Of a stretch of DNA of 64,000 bases, positions 36,913-46,983 are shown piece after piece. The position numbers and the translations under genes were made by a program. The number at the start of each line of letters is the position of its first letter. Within the stretch, counting starts at the first letter, position 1. The stretch is from an uncultured Chloroflexia bacterium (lineage in GTDB: Bacteria > Chloroflexota > Limnocylindria > Limnocylindrales > CSP1-4). The notes under the pieces are model-generated. The model was not told where the DNA came from. It saw nothing but the letters and a program-made list of their open reading frames with translations, and ran no database searches. The stretch lies in the NCBI GenBank assembly GCA_963833225.1, contig CAWHXD010000017.1:288001-352000 (forward strand), given 5' to 3'.

Positions 36913-38231
36913 CTACCACTCGTGCGGGTTGAGCACGAGCCCGGTGAGGGCCTTGGGATAGAAGTAGGTCGACTTCTGGGGCATGACGTCGCCGTCGCGG
37001 GCGACCGCGAGGATCGACGCGACCGGCGTGGGTTCGAGCAGGAAGGCGGCGTCTGCTCCATCGGCGCCGACCTCGAGCGAGGGCTGCGGCTTCGGCGGCA
37101 CTCTTGTGATAGGTGATCCGCCCGCCACCCGCCACGGCCGGCGGCATCGATGCCGGCAAGCCGCTCGAGCGCCACCCCGAACAGCGAGACGTCCAGGGCG
37201 CGGACGGCGGCATTGGCGTCGCCGGTGGCGAGTTGCCCAAGGGCCTCGCGGCGCGCCTTCAGCAGCCAGGCGCCATCCCGGGTTCGGAGGCCGAACCGAC
37301 CCTCGCCACCGGCCAGCCCGCCCGCGGCCTCGAACCGTGCCACGAGGTCGCCGACCGGCAGCTCGGTGACGTCGAACAGCTCGGGCAGGCGGCCCACGAG
37401 CGCGGCGGTTCCCCCCGCTCCCAGGCCGCGGACAACGCGATGCGTGGGCAGGACCGTGAGCGGGGCCGCGGCATCGAGGAACAGCATGAGCAGGAAGTCG
37501 AACGCGGGGTCCTGCTCCGCGGAGCCCTGGCGCCGCTCGTCCCGATAGCGGGTCGCCGTCTCGTACCGGTGGTGGCCATCGGCGATGAACACGGGACCGG
37601 CCGCGGCCGCGGCGATCAGGGTAGCGGCGGGCGAACCCTCGCCCTCGTCGGGCACCACCCACAGCCGGTGTCGCACGTTGTCGTCGTCCGTCACGTCGGC
37701 CACCGCGGGTCCCACCATCGCGGCGGCAAGCGCCGACGCGGTGCCCCGGGCGGTGCCCTCGTAGAGCCCGACCACCGGCGACGTGTTGATTCCGGTCGCC
37801 CGCAGCAGGCGATACCGGTCCTCCTTGGGGGCGGCGAGGGTTCGCTCATGCGGCAGCACCGAGGACCCGGGTCCAAACGGCTCGATCCGGAGCCGGGCGA
37901 AGAACCCGCGCTGGACGCGCTCGATGTCCGTCCCGGGAACGCGATAGGCCTGCTCGTACACGTACACGGAGGGCCGCGGGTCCTTGCGCAGCGTTCCGTC
38001 CGAGCGCCAGGTGGCGAGGGTCCGGGCGGCTCGCCGGTAGCGCTCATCGGGGTCCTCGCCTGGCTGGCCATCGGGCAGGTCGAGACGGACGCTGTTGCGG
38101 GGATGGCGGGCGAGCAGATCGCGATGGAGCTCAGCGCCGATCACGTCATAGGGAGGGGCGACGACCAGGCTCAGGTCGCCCACCGTCTCGGGGTCGTAGC
38201 GGAGGGCGCGGAAGGGTCTGATGTCGGGCAC
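36913..38231 (-). CDS. DUF1015 family protein with two apparent +1 frameshifts (~37140, ~37082)
   Basis: [38 protein letters not shown] and C-terminal [11 protein letters not shown] in different frames. Confidence 0.88.
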
Positions 38232-38450
38232 GAAGTCCTCTGGGCGCGTTGACGGTGCGGTGCCGGCACGACGCAGGGGGCGGCGGGGGCGCTCGGGGGC
38301 GTGCGGCCCGTGCATCGTACGATAGGTGCGGACGGCTGGCCACCGGGCGTCGGGGCCGCCGTGCACGCTTGGGGGCACGTTGTGCAACTTTCCGGGGGGT
38401 CCGGGCGTCATGGGGCAGACCGTCCACCCGCTCGAGATCGAGGAGCCCGA

Positions 38451-40901
38451 GTGACGCTGCCGCGTCTCGCCCGTCCCCTGCGCGCGCTCGTCGCGCTCGT
38501 GGCCGCCGGGTTCCTGCTGCTCGGCGTCACGTCACCCGGCGGAATCCTCGCCGCGGGTGACGGCCCCACGATGGCGGCTCGGGCCCTGATCCAGGGGCAC
38601 GTGCGCCAGGGCGGCTGGTTCGCGATCGCCGTTGACCTTGAGAACGCCGGCCCGACGGTCACCGGCGAGCTCCGGGTCGCTGGCGGTCCGGACTCCAGGA
38701 CCCGGTTTGGAACCAAGGTCGAGCTCGCGACCGGCTCCCGCAAGACGTACCTGCTCTATGCTCAGCCGCCGTCGTTCGGGGGCAACCTCACCGTCCAGCT
38801 CGTTGACGGTGACCGGGTCGTCGCCGAGGCCAAGGTCGCCATCGCGCTGCACGACCAGTCCCAGCTCGTGGTCGGCGTGGTGTCCGAGAACCCGGCACGG
38901 ATCGTGTCGGAGCTCAAGCTCCTGCCCAGCCAGACGGGGGCGATCCCGGCGATCGCGACGTTGACCCCCGCGGATCTGCCGGAGCGGATCCAGGCCTGGG
39001 CACCGCTCGACAGCATCGTGTGGCAGGACACGGACAGCTCGTCGCTGACCCCTGCCCAGCTCCAATGCCTGCGCGGCTGGATCGCGGGCGGCGGTCGACT
39101 CGTGATCGTCGGCGGCACTGCCGGTGCAGACAGCCTGTCGGGCTTCCCGGACGACCTCCTCCCCTATCGGCCGGACAGCGTGCTCGACATCGACCCGCAG
39201 TCCCTTCGGCCGATCTTCGGCGGACTGCCCGACGCCGCCACGACGCTCACCGCCTACGCGGGAGCGCCCGGGGCCGGGCGCGTCCTCGCGACGTCGGGGG
39301 ATCGCGTGATCGCCGCGGATCGAAGCGTGGGCAGCGGCACCGTGACGCTGCTGGGCTTCGACCCCGCCACCTCCTGGCTCGCCAACGGTGACGACTGGGA
39401 CACCCCGCTCTGGCGGCGGCTCCTGCCGCCAAGGAGCACGGGGGCCGTCTCCCTCGCCGACGACTCCGGGATCGTGTCCGCGGTCATGAACCTGCCCAGC
39501 CTCGCGCTGCCGCCCATCGGTGGCCTGCTCGTGCTGCTGTTCGGCTACGTCGTGCTGGTCGGGCCGGTCAACTACGTCGTCCTGCGCCGGATCGACCGGC
39601 GCGAGTGGGCCTGGATCACGGTTCCCGTCCTGATCCTCGTGTTCACCCTTGGCTCGTTCGGGATCGGCGGGCTGCTCCGGGGGTCCGACGTGATCATCCA
39701 CGAGGTGGGGATCGTGCGCGGCGCCCCGGGTGTGACGTCCGCCACGATCCAGTCCTACCTCGGCATCTTCAGCCCGTCGCGGACCACGTACCAGGTCAGC
39801 GTCCCGGGCGATGCGCTGCTCGCGCCGCCGATGAACGGTGACATCTTCGGCAATGGCGCCGGCACTGCCCTCGACGTCCTCCAGGGCGACCCGTCGCGGG
39901 TCCGTGACCTTGACGTCGGCTTCGGGTCCATTCGCACGATCCGCGCGGAGGCGAGCGCCACCGCCCCTGAGGTCACCGCCGATCTTCGGCTGGCCGACGG
40001 GCGACTCCAGGGCACAGTCACCAACGAGTCGTCCAGCACGCTCAGCGACGCCGCCATCGTCGTCGGTTCGTCGGCGTTCAAGCTGGGCGACATGGCTCCA
40101 GGTGAGACGGCCAAGGTGGACATGAGCGTGGCGACCACCTCGTTTGACTGGAACCCGCTGTCAGAGCGGATCTTCGGCCCGATGAACTGGGACGGGTCTG
40201 CCCTCGACGAGGCGGGCCAGCGCACCCTGGTCCGGCGGGCCGTCATCGACCAGATCTCGGTGGACCCGATGACCGGTTTTCCCAACGCGATCTCCAGCGA
40301 CGGGGCGATGCTGCTCGCGTGGGGCACCGATCCCGTGGTGCCGCTCGAGCTCGAGGGCCAGACCGTCCGCCGTCTGGCGAACGTGTTGTACGAGATCCCG
40401 TTCCCGTACGCCGTCAGCGGCAAGGCGGTGTTCGCGAATGACCTCATCCGGACCGCCGTCCTGGACGTAGGCGCCAACTTCTTCATCAAGGATCCAGCGG
40501 CGCTCAACCTCGGGACGGGCACGGTCCGTGTCTCGTATCGCCCCATCCCGTTTGGGGGCAGGTTCGAAGCCAGCCGGGTGGTCGTGCTCATGAGCTTCGG
40601 CGGCGAGATCGGTGTGCCGGGCGGTCAGGCGAAGGCGCTCCAGGAAGCGATTCGCTGCGATCCTGGAGAGGATGGCTGCAACCCTCCCCAGGATGGGCTG
40701 CCGGACATCGAGGTCCTCGACCGCCGCGCCGGGAGCTGGGTGCAGTTCCGCCACATGGCCCAGGGCACACCGTACGAGCTGGAGGACGCCGCCCGCTGGG
40801 TCGATCCGGCCACGGGCGAGCTTCAGGTCAAGTTCGTGAACGAGCGCACCGACCAGGTGTACTTCCAGTTCATGGTGCGGCTTGAAGGGACGATCCAATG
40901 A
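38451..40901 (+). CDS. Large exported/membrane protein with GATase-like domain and central TM hairpin
   Basis: Signal peptide; LRGWIAGGGRLVIVGG; YVVLVGPVNYVVLRRIDRREWAW TM motif. Confidence 0.8.
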   Translation: MTLPRLARPLRALVALVAAGFLLLGVTSPGGILAAGDGPTMAARALIQGHVRQGGWFAIAVDLENAGPTVTGELRVAGGPDSRTRFGTKVELATGSRKTYLLYAQPPSFGGNLTVQLVDGDRVVAEAKVAIALHDQSQLVVGVVSENPARIVSELKLLPSQTGAIPAIATLTPADLPERIQAWAPLDSIVWQDTDSSSLTPAQLQCLRGWIAGGGRLVIVGGTAGADSLSGFPDDLLPYRPDSVLDIDPQSLRPIFGGLPDAATTLTAYAGAPGAGRVLATSGDRVIAADRSVGSGTVTLLGFDPATSWLANGDDWDTPLWRRLLPPRSTGAVSLADDSGIVSAVMNLPSLALPPIGGLLVLLFGYVVLVGPVNYVVLRRIDRREWAWITVPVLILVFTLGSFGIGGLLRGSDVIIHEVGIVRGAPGVTSATIQSYLGIFSPSRTTYQVSVPGDALLAPPMNGDIFGNGAGTALDVLQGDPSRVRDLDVGFGSIRTIRAEASATAPEVTADLRLADGRLQGTVTNESSSTLSDAAIVVGSSAFKLGDMAPGETAKVDMSVATTSFDWNPLSERIFGPMNWDGSALDEAGQRTLVRRAVIDQISVDPMTGFPNAISSDGAMLLAWGTDPVVPLELEGQTVRRLANVLYEIPFPYAVSGKAVFANDLIRTAVLDVGANFFIKDPAALNLGTGTVRVSYRPIPFGGRFEASRVVVLMSFGGEIGVPGGQAKALQEAIRCDPGEDGCNPPQDGLPDIEVLDRRAGSWVQFRHMAQGTPYELEDAARWVDPATGELQVKFVNERTDQVYFQFMVRLEGTIQ

Positions 40902-41872
40902 CCAGCATCGTCCGAGCGACGGGCATCGTGAAGCGGTACGACCGGACCGTTGCCGTCGGGGGTCTCGATCTCGACGTGGCGGCTGGGGAGATCTTCGGGC
41001 TGGTTGGCCCCAACGGCGCCGGCAAGACCACGACGCTGCGCATCCTGGCGACCCTGCTCGTGCCCGACCAGGGCGACGCCGAGATCGCCGGTGCATCGGT
41101 CCGCCGGAATCCCAACGACGTGCGCCGCGTCCTCGGGTTCATGCCGGACAGCTTCGGCGTGTACGACGACATGAAGGTCTGGGAGTACCTGGACTTCTTC
41201 GCCCGCTGTCACGGGATCCCCGCCGAGCGACGCCGGCGAATGATCGGCGACCTGCTGGAGCTCGTCGATCTGGGTTCCAAGCGGGATGTCTACGTCCAGG
41301 CACTCTCGCGGGGCATGCAGCAGCGCCTGTGCCTGGCGCACGCGCTCGTGCACGACCCGCAGGTGCTCCTCCTCGACGAACCGGCGTCCGGGCTCGACCC
41401 GCGCGCGAGGGTCGAGCTCCGGGAGCTGCTCCGTGAGCTGCGGAACCTGGGCAAGACCATCCTGATCTCTTCGCACATCCTCCCCGAGCTCGAGGAGCTG
41501 TGCAGCTCGGTCGCGATCATCGACTCCGGCCGGGTGCTCGCCCACGGCCGCGTCGCCGAGATCGAGAAGCGGCTGCGCGTTGGCGCGGTGCTCCATGCCC
41601 GCGTCCTCGGCGAGCAGGAGGCACATGAAGCCGCCCGCACCTGGTTCGCCGGCCAGCCGGACGTGGTGACGTCGGACGTGCTCGCCGACGGGACGATCGA
41701 GATCGGCTTCCACGGTGATGACGACGGCTCCGCCGCACTGCTCGCTCATGCGGTCGGCGCAGGGCTGCGCGTCGCCGCGTTCTCCCGTGCGGCGAGCGAT
41801 CTCGAGGAGCTGTTCCTCCAGGTCACCGCTGCGCCGACCACACCCCCGGAGGCACCCCGATGGCAGAGCTGA
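40898..41872 (+). CDS. ABC transporter ATP-binding protein
   Basis: GPNGAGKTT, LSRGMQQR, LLLDEP, SSH. Confidence 0.95.
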   Translation: MTSIVRATGIVKRYDRTVAVGGLDLDVAAGEIFGLVGPNGAGKTTTLRILATLLVPDQGDAEIAGASVRRNPNDVRRVLGFMPDSFGVYDDMKVWEYLDFFARCHGIPAERRRRMIGDLLELVDLGSKRDVYVQALSRGMQQRLCLAHALVHDPQVLLLDEPASGLDPRARVELRELLRELRNLGKTILISSHILPELEELCSSVAIIDSGRVLAHGRVAEIEKRLRVGAVLHARVLGEQEAHEAARTWFAGQPDVVTSDVLADGTIEIGFHGDDDGSAALLAHAVGAGLRVAAFSRAASDLEELFLQVTAAPTTPPEAPRWQS

Positions 41873-42933
41873 TGGGCCCGGCCGCGGCGCCCGTGCCGCC
41901 GGGCGCTCCGGGTCGCCGGTTCCGCGGGCTGCGCGAGGTCGGCTCCGGCATGGCCGCAGTCGGCGTCAAGGAGCTCCGGGGCCGGATGCGCGGAAAGCGC
42001 GCCTTCGTGATCCTCACCATCCACCTGCTGCTCGTGGCTGGCTTCGCGTGGATGATCGAGTCGCTCGCCGAGCGCTCGTTTTCGAGTGGCTTCGGATCGG
42101 CGTTCTCCGCCTCGTCCGAGATCGGGCGCGGGATGTTCACCGCGATCATCTTCCTGCTCACGCTGATCACGCTGATCCTTGCTCCGGCGTCCACCGCCGG
42201 AGCGATCTCGCTCGAGCGCGAGAAGCAGACGCTGGATCTGCTGACCACCACGCCGATCTCGTCGCTGGCGATCGTGCTGGGCAAGCTCCTCTCCGCCCTG
42301 TCCTGGATCCTCCTGCTGCTCCTCGCTTCGATCCCCGTCGTTGCGCTCGTGTTCACGTTCGGAGGCATCGCCCCCGACGACGTGCTGCGGGCGTACGTCG
42401 TGCTGCTGGGGACGGCGTTCGCGTACGGCGCCATCGGCCTGTTCGTGTCGGCGCTCGTCAAGCGCACCCAGGCCGCCACGGTGATCAACCTCGTGGCCGT
42501 CATCTTCCTGACCGCGGGCACCGGATTCCTGTTCATCTTCTGGGTCGCGATGACGGGCAACTCCGGGTTCCTGCCCGATCAGGCCGTCCGCGACCGGAAC
42601 CCGATCGAGGAGCTCACCAGGCACCCACCCGAGGCCCTGATGTGGTTCAACCCGTTCGTCGCCCAGGTGGACGTCCTGTGCGGCACGGAGACCGGCTTCG
42701 GCGGCACGTGTCAGGTCATCGCTGGGGTCACCAACCAGGAGGCCCTGGTCAACGGGGACGTGTCCGGCAACTTCGGCGCCATGCGCGACACGTACTGGCC
42801 GCGCAGCGTGGCGGCGATGCTGGTCGCCTCGGTGCTCCTGGTGATCCTGTCCGTCCAGCTCGTCTCGCCGACGCGGCGCTGGCGGATCCGCCGCGGTCGA
42901 ACGCGGCGCCCTCCAGTCGGCGGTGATGCATGA
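41860..42933 (+). CDS. ABC-2 type permease
   Basis: KELRGRMRG...ISLEREKQTLDLL...LGKL; about 6 TM helices; GGAGG RBS. Confidence 0.9.
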   Translation: MAELMGPAAAPVPPGAPGRRFRGLREVGSGMAAVGVKELRGRMRGKRAFVILTIHLLLVAGFAWMIESLAERSFSSGFGSAFSASSEIGRGMFTAIIFLLTLITLILAPASTAGAISLEREKQTLDLLTTTPISSLAIVLGKLLSALSWILLLLLASIPVVALVFTFGGIAPDDVLRAYVVLLGTAFAYGAIGLFVSALVKRTQAATVINLVAVIFLTAGTGFLFIFWVAMTGNSGFLPDQAVRDRNPIEELTRHPPEALMWFNPFVAQVDVLCGTETGFGGTCQVIAGVTNQEALVNGDVSGNFGAMRDTYWPRSVAAMLVASVLLVILSVQLVSPTRRWRIRRGRTRRPPVGGDA

Positions 42934-44897
42934 TGTCGCGCCTCCGTCCACCGCGCGCCTCCGCCCGCCGGGCCGCGCTGTCGTCGGCGACGATGTATGT
43001 CCCAGCGGACCCGGCCTCGCTCGGCATCTCGCTGGACCCCGTCCTGTCCGAGATCCGGGCCGGTCTCGCTCCCCACCGGCGGCGGCTGTGGCTGCGGCGG
43101 GCCACGCGTCGCGCGTGGTCGGTGGCTGCCGCGGTCGCCGTGGCGGAGCTCGTCCTCGCCGTGGCGCAGCGCATGCTGCCGCTCGAGGGGGCTCCCCTGC
43201 TGGCGCTCGCACTCCCGGTCCTGGGGATGCTGGGCCTCCTTGGGCTGGTCGTTCGTGCCCGACCGTCGCTCGGGGAGACGGCGCTGGCCGTCGACGCCGA
43301 GGGGGGTTCTGGCGATGCCGTGGCGTCGTCGCTCGCCTTCGCCGTCCAGTTGCCGGCCACGGCAGGCCCTTCGGCGACGGCCAGTGACGGGCTGATCGCC
43401 GTGGATGGCGCCTTTGACATCACCGAAGCCGAAGCAAGGTTCGTGCGGCGGCAGCGCCGCGACGCCCTCGGCCGCCTGCGGCTCATCGATCCGGCGCTGT
43501 TCCGCCCGCGGTTGGCGCGCCGGCCCGCCCTGGTGGCGCTCGTTGCGGCGGCGCTGGTGGCGCCTGCCGTCCTGATCCCGAACCCGATGGACCAGGTCAT
43601 CGCGCAGAACCAGCAGATCCGGCAGGAGGCGGAGCGCCAGGCGGAGCGCGTCGACCAGATCGCGAAGACCCTCGAGAGCCGCGGCGCCGACCTCCAGGAT
43701 CCGAGGACCCAGCTCGCAGAGCAATTGCGCGAGCTCGCTGAGCGGCTGCGCACCGACCCGGGCAGTCTCGAAGCGAACCTCGCCCGCCTCGGCGCCGTTG
43801 AGGACGGGGTCCGGGCGCAGCTGGACCCGTCCAACGAGCAACGCGCCGCCTCGATCGCCGCGCTCTCCCGCTCGCTGTCGCGGGCGGCGACGGGCAACGC
43901 ACAGGCGAACCCGGCCGGTGACCCGAAGGAGACCCAGAAGGACGTCAGCGCGCTCGGCGACAAGGTCGACGGGATGACCCAGGATGAGCGCGACGCGCTC
44001 GCCCGCCAGCTGGCGGAGCTCCAGGGGCAGGCCAGCCAGGCAGACGGAGCGGCGGGCCAGGCTCTTCGTGACGCCGTGGCCAGCCTCACGCAGGGTGACA
44101 GCGAGGGTGCCAAGGCCGCGCTGGACCGCCTGGGTGACGCGCTCGCGGGTGCGAACGACCGGGTGCAGACCAACCGCGATCTGGCATCCGCCGCGTCCGA
44201 ACTCCAGGACGCGCGGCGAGACCTCGCCAATGCCGGCGGCCAGCAGGGCGGCCAACAGGGTCAGACCGGCCAGCAGGGCACTGGGCAGCAGGGCAACGGC
44301 CAGCAGGGCAGCCCCAATCCGTCAGCCTCCAGCAGCGGCCAGGGCAGCGGCGGCAGCCCGAACCCGTCCGCGTCGGGACAGGGGCAGGGCCAGGGCCAGG
44401 GGCAAGGCCAGGGCCAGGGGCAAGGCCAGGGTCAGGGGCAAGGCCAGGGTCAGGGCCAGGGTCAGGGGCAAGGCCAGGGTCAGGGCCAGGGTCAGGGGCA
44501 AGGCCAGGGTCAGGGCTCCGGCGGCTCACTCGGCGGCGGCGGCTCGAACGCGTCCCACCTCGGCACCGGAACCTCGTCCGGCGGGCCGCCCCCTGGTCCC
44601 ACGAACCCCAACCGGCCGAGCGAGCTCGGCGGAGACCTCGGCTCGGTCTTCGCCCCGTTCGACCGCCTCGGCCGACCGGGCGATCCGTCCTATGTCGCGG
44701 GCTCCGGTGGTGACGGCCAGACGCAGCAGGGCAGCCAGCAGGGACAGGGCAGCAACAACGGATCCTACGTCCCCTATGCCGATGTCTACGGGGACTTCTA
44801 CAGCTACGCGCTCACGACCCTCGACCGCTCGTACGTCCCCATCTCGGTGAAGGACTACGTGCGCGACTACTTCAGCTCGCTCGACCCCGGTCGCTGA
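42930..44897 (+). CDS. Membrane-anchored coiled-coil protein with (GQ)n tract (DUF4175-like architecture)
   Basis: Three hydrophobic segments, Q/A-rich coiled coil, GQ repeat, C-terminal VPISVKDYVRDYF. Confidence 0.8.
   Translation: MMSRLRPPRASARRAALSSATMYVPADPASLGISLDPVLSEIRAGLAPHRRRLWLRRATRRAWSVAAAVAVAELVLAVAQRMLPLEGAPLLALALPVLGMLGLLGLVVRARPSLGETALAVDAEGGSGDAVASSLAFAVQLPATAGPSATASDGLIAVDGAFDITEAEARFVRRQRRDALGRLRLIDPALFRPRLARRPALVALVAAALVAPAVLIPNPMDQVIAQNQQIRQEAERQAERVDQIAKTLESRGADLQDPRTQLAEQLRELAERLRTDPGSLEANLARLGAVEDGVRAQLDPSNEQRAASIAALSRSLSRAATGNAQANPAGDPKETQKDVSALGDKVDGMTQDERDALARQLAELQGQASQADGAAGQALRDAVASLTQGDSEGAKAALDRLGDALAGANDRVQTNRDLASAASELQDARRDLANAGGQQGGQQGQTGQQGTGQQGNGQQGSPNPSASSSGQGSGGSPNPSASGQGQGQGQGQGQGQGQGQGQGQGQGQGQGQGQGQGQGQGQGQGQGQGSGGSLGGGGSNASHLGTGTSSGGPPPGPTNPNRPSELGGDLGSVFAPFDRLGRPGDPSYVAGSGGDGQTQQGSQQGQGSNNGSYVPYADVYGDFYSYALTTLDRSYVPISVKDYVRDYFSSLDPGR
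44376..44516 (+). repeat. Hexanucleotide coding repeat, about 23 Gly-Gln units
   Basis: GGN-CAR repeats with a higher-order CAGGGGCAAGGCCAGGGT pattern. Confidence 0.95.
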
Positions 44898-44932
44898 TCC
44901 GGTTCGAGCGCGCCGACCCAACCGGAGGACCC

Positions 44933-45964
44933 ATGGACGCTTCCGCCGCCCCGGCCGGATCTCCCGCACCGGCCGAACCGCACCGCATCGCCCCTGAGGC
45001 GTTCGCCGAGCGCACACGGGCGATCGAGGCCGAGATCGGCAAGGTGATCGTCGGCCAGCGGGAGCTGGTCCGGCACACGCTGGTCGGCCTGCTGGCCAAC
45101 AGCCACGTCCTGCTCGAGGGCGTGCCCGGCCTCGGGAAGACGATGCTCGTCCGGACGATCGCGGACGTCATCGACTGCTCCTTCAACCGCGTCCAGTTCA
45201 CCCCGGACCTGATGCCCGCGGACATCACCGGCACCAACATCCTGATCGAGGAGGGCGGCGCCCGGGTCTTCCGCTTCCAGCCAGGCCCGATCTTCGCGAA
45301 CCTCGTCCTCGCCGACGAGATCAACCGGGCCACGCCAAAGACGCAGTCAAGCCTGCTGGAGGCGATGCAGGAGCACCAGGTCACCGTCGCCCGCAACCGC
45401 TACCCGCTCGACCCGCCCTTCTTCGTGCTCGCGACCCAGAACCCGCTGGAGATGGAGGGCACCTATCCGCTGCCGGAGGCGCAGCTCGACCGGTTCCTGC
45501 TCAAGGTCATGGTCCCGTTCCCGTCCGAGGAGGACCTGATCGCGATTATTGACCGCACGACCGGGGCTGATGCCCCGCAGGCGAAGCCCGTGGCCACAGC
45601 CGCGGAGATTGTCGAGATGCAGCGCCTCGCGCGGGCGGTGCCCATCGCCCCGCACATCACCGCGTACGCGGTCTCGGTGCTCGCAGCCACGCACCCGGAC
45701 AATCGACGGGCGCCATCGCTGGCGCGCCAGTACGTGCGCTACGGGGGCTCGCCGCGTGGAGCCCAGGCGCTGGTCACCGCGGGCAAGATCCTGGCCCTCA
45801 TGGACGGCCGGTTCAACGTCTCGGTGGACGACGTCCGTGCCGCGGCGATGCCGGCCCTCCGTCACCGGGTGATCCTCAACTTCGAGGGCGAGGCCGAGGG
45901 CATCACCACGGAAGCCGTGGTGCGCTCGATCCTCGACGAGGTGGCGCCGCCCTCGGTCGAGTAG
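44933..45964 (+). CDS. moxR: MoxR family AAA+ ATPase
   Basis: EGVPGLGKT, RVQFTPDLMPADITG, LADEINRA, ATQNP, LPEAQLDRF. Confidence 0.96.
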   Translation: MDASAAPAGSPAPAEPHRIAPEAFAERTRAIEAEIGKVIVGQRELVRHTLVGLLANSHVLLEGVPGLGKTMLVRTIADVIDCSFNRVQFTPDLMPADITGTNILIEEGGARVFRFQPGPIFANLVLADEINRATPKTQSSLLEAMQEHQVTVARNRYPLDPPFFVLATQNPLEMEGTYPLPEAQLDRFLLKVMVPFPSEEDLIAIIDRTTGADAPQAKPVATAAEIVEMQRLARAVPIAPHITAYAVSVLAATHPDNRRAPSLARQYVRYGGSPRGAQALVTAGKILALMDGRFNVSVDDVRAAAMPALRHRVILNFEGEAEGITTEAVVRSILDEVAPPSVE

Positions 45965-45977
45965 GCGACGCCGCGAC

Positions 45978-46982
45978 ATGGCCATCTCCCCCACCCCGCC
46001 CCAGGAGCCGGGCGCAACCCCGGCTGGCGAGGACGTCCCAAAGGCCGCCGCGGAGGCACCCGGCAAGCCGATCGGGGTCCGCTCGTTCCTCCCCAACGAG
46101 CTCGATCCGACCGTCTTTGACGAGGGCTTCCTGCGCCAGCTGGAGCGGCTGGGCGTGCTGATGAAGCAGCCCGTCCGGGGCGGGCTCAAGGGTGGGCGCC
46201 GGAGCGTCAAGCGGGGGCAGAGCGTCGAGTTCGCCGACTACCGCGACTACAGCCTTGGCGACGACCTCCGCCAGCTCGACTGGAACGTGTACGCAAGGCT
46301 GGAGAAGCTGTTCGTCAAGCTGTTCGTCGAGGAGGAGGACGTGACGATCACGTTCCTGCTCGACGCCAGCCCGTCCATGACATACGGGCGCCCCCAGAAG
46401 CTGCTGTTCGCCAAGCGTGCCGCGGCCGCGCTCGGGTACATCGCCCTGGCCGGAGAGGATCGTGTGGTCACGACCGCGCTGGCGGGACGCACCGCCCGCC
46501 GGCACAGCGGTCTGCGCGGATCGGGGCGCATCTTCCGGCTCCTGGGCAACCTGTCCGGGATCCAGCCCTCGGCAGGCGCGACGGACCTGCTCGCCGCCGC
46601 GCGCCACGCGGCCGCCATGCTCTCGGGCCGTGGGGTGGTCGTGCTGCTCTCCGACCTGCTGGATCCGTCCGCGGACCGGGTGATCCGCGAGCTGGCGGCG
46701 ACCGGCTCGGAGCTCATCGTCCTGCACACCCTCTCACCCGAGGAGCTGGACCCGCCGCTCGAGGGCGACCTCAAGCTGGTGGACGCCGAGACGGGCGAGG
46801 GCATTGACATCACGGTCGACCTCGCCGCGCTCGACGACTACCGGGCGCGCCTGACCGCCTGGCAGGAGGGCCTCGAGGATCTCGCCCGGAAGCGTCGCGC
46901 GTCCTACGTGCCGATCGCCACGGACACCCCGCTCGCCGACCTCGTGTTTGCCGAGCTCCGCCGACGGCGGGTGGTGGGCTGA
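45978..46982 (+). CDS. DUF58 (vWA-like) protein
   Basis: GQSVEFADYRDY..GDDLRQLDWN; LLDASPSM; LSD. Confidence 0.93.
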   Translation: MAISPTPPQEPGATPAGEDVPKAAAEAPGKPIGVRSFLPNELDPTVFDEGFLRQLERLGVLMKQPVRGGLKGGRRSVKRGQSVEFADYRDYSLGDDLRQLDWNVYARLEKLFVKLFVEEEDVTITFLLDASPSMTYGRPQKLLFAKRAAAALGYIALAGEDRVVTTALAGRTARRHSGLRGSGRIFRLLGNLSGIQPSAGATDLLAAARHAAAMLSGRGVVVLLSDLLDPSADRVIRELAATGSELIVLHTLSPEELDPPLEGDLKLVDAETGEGIDITVDLAALDDYRARLTAWQEGLEDLARKRRASYVPIATDTPLADLVFAELRRRRVVG

Positions 46983-46983
46983 C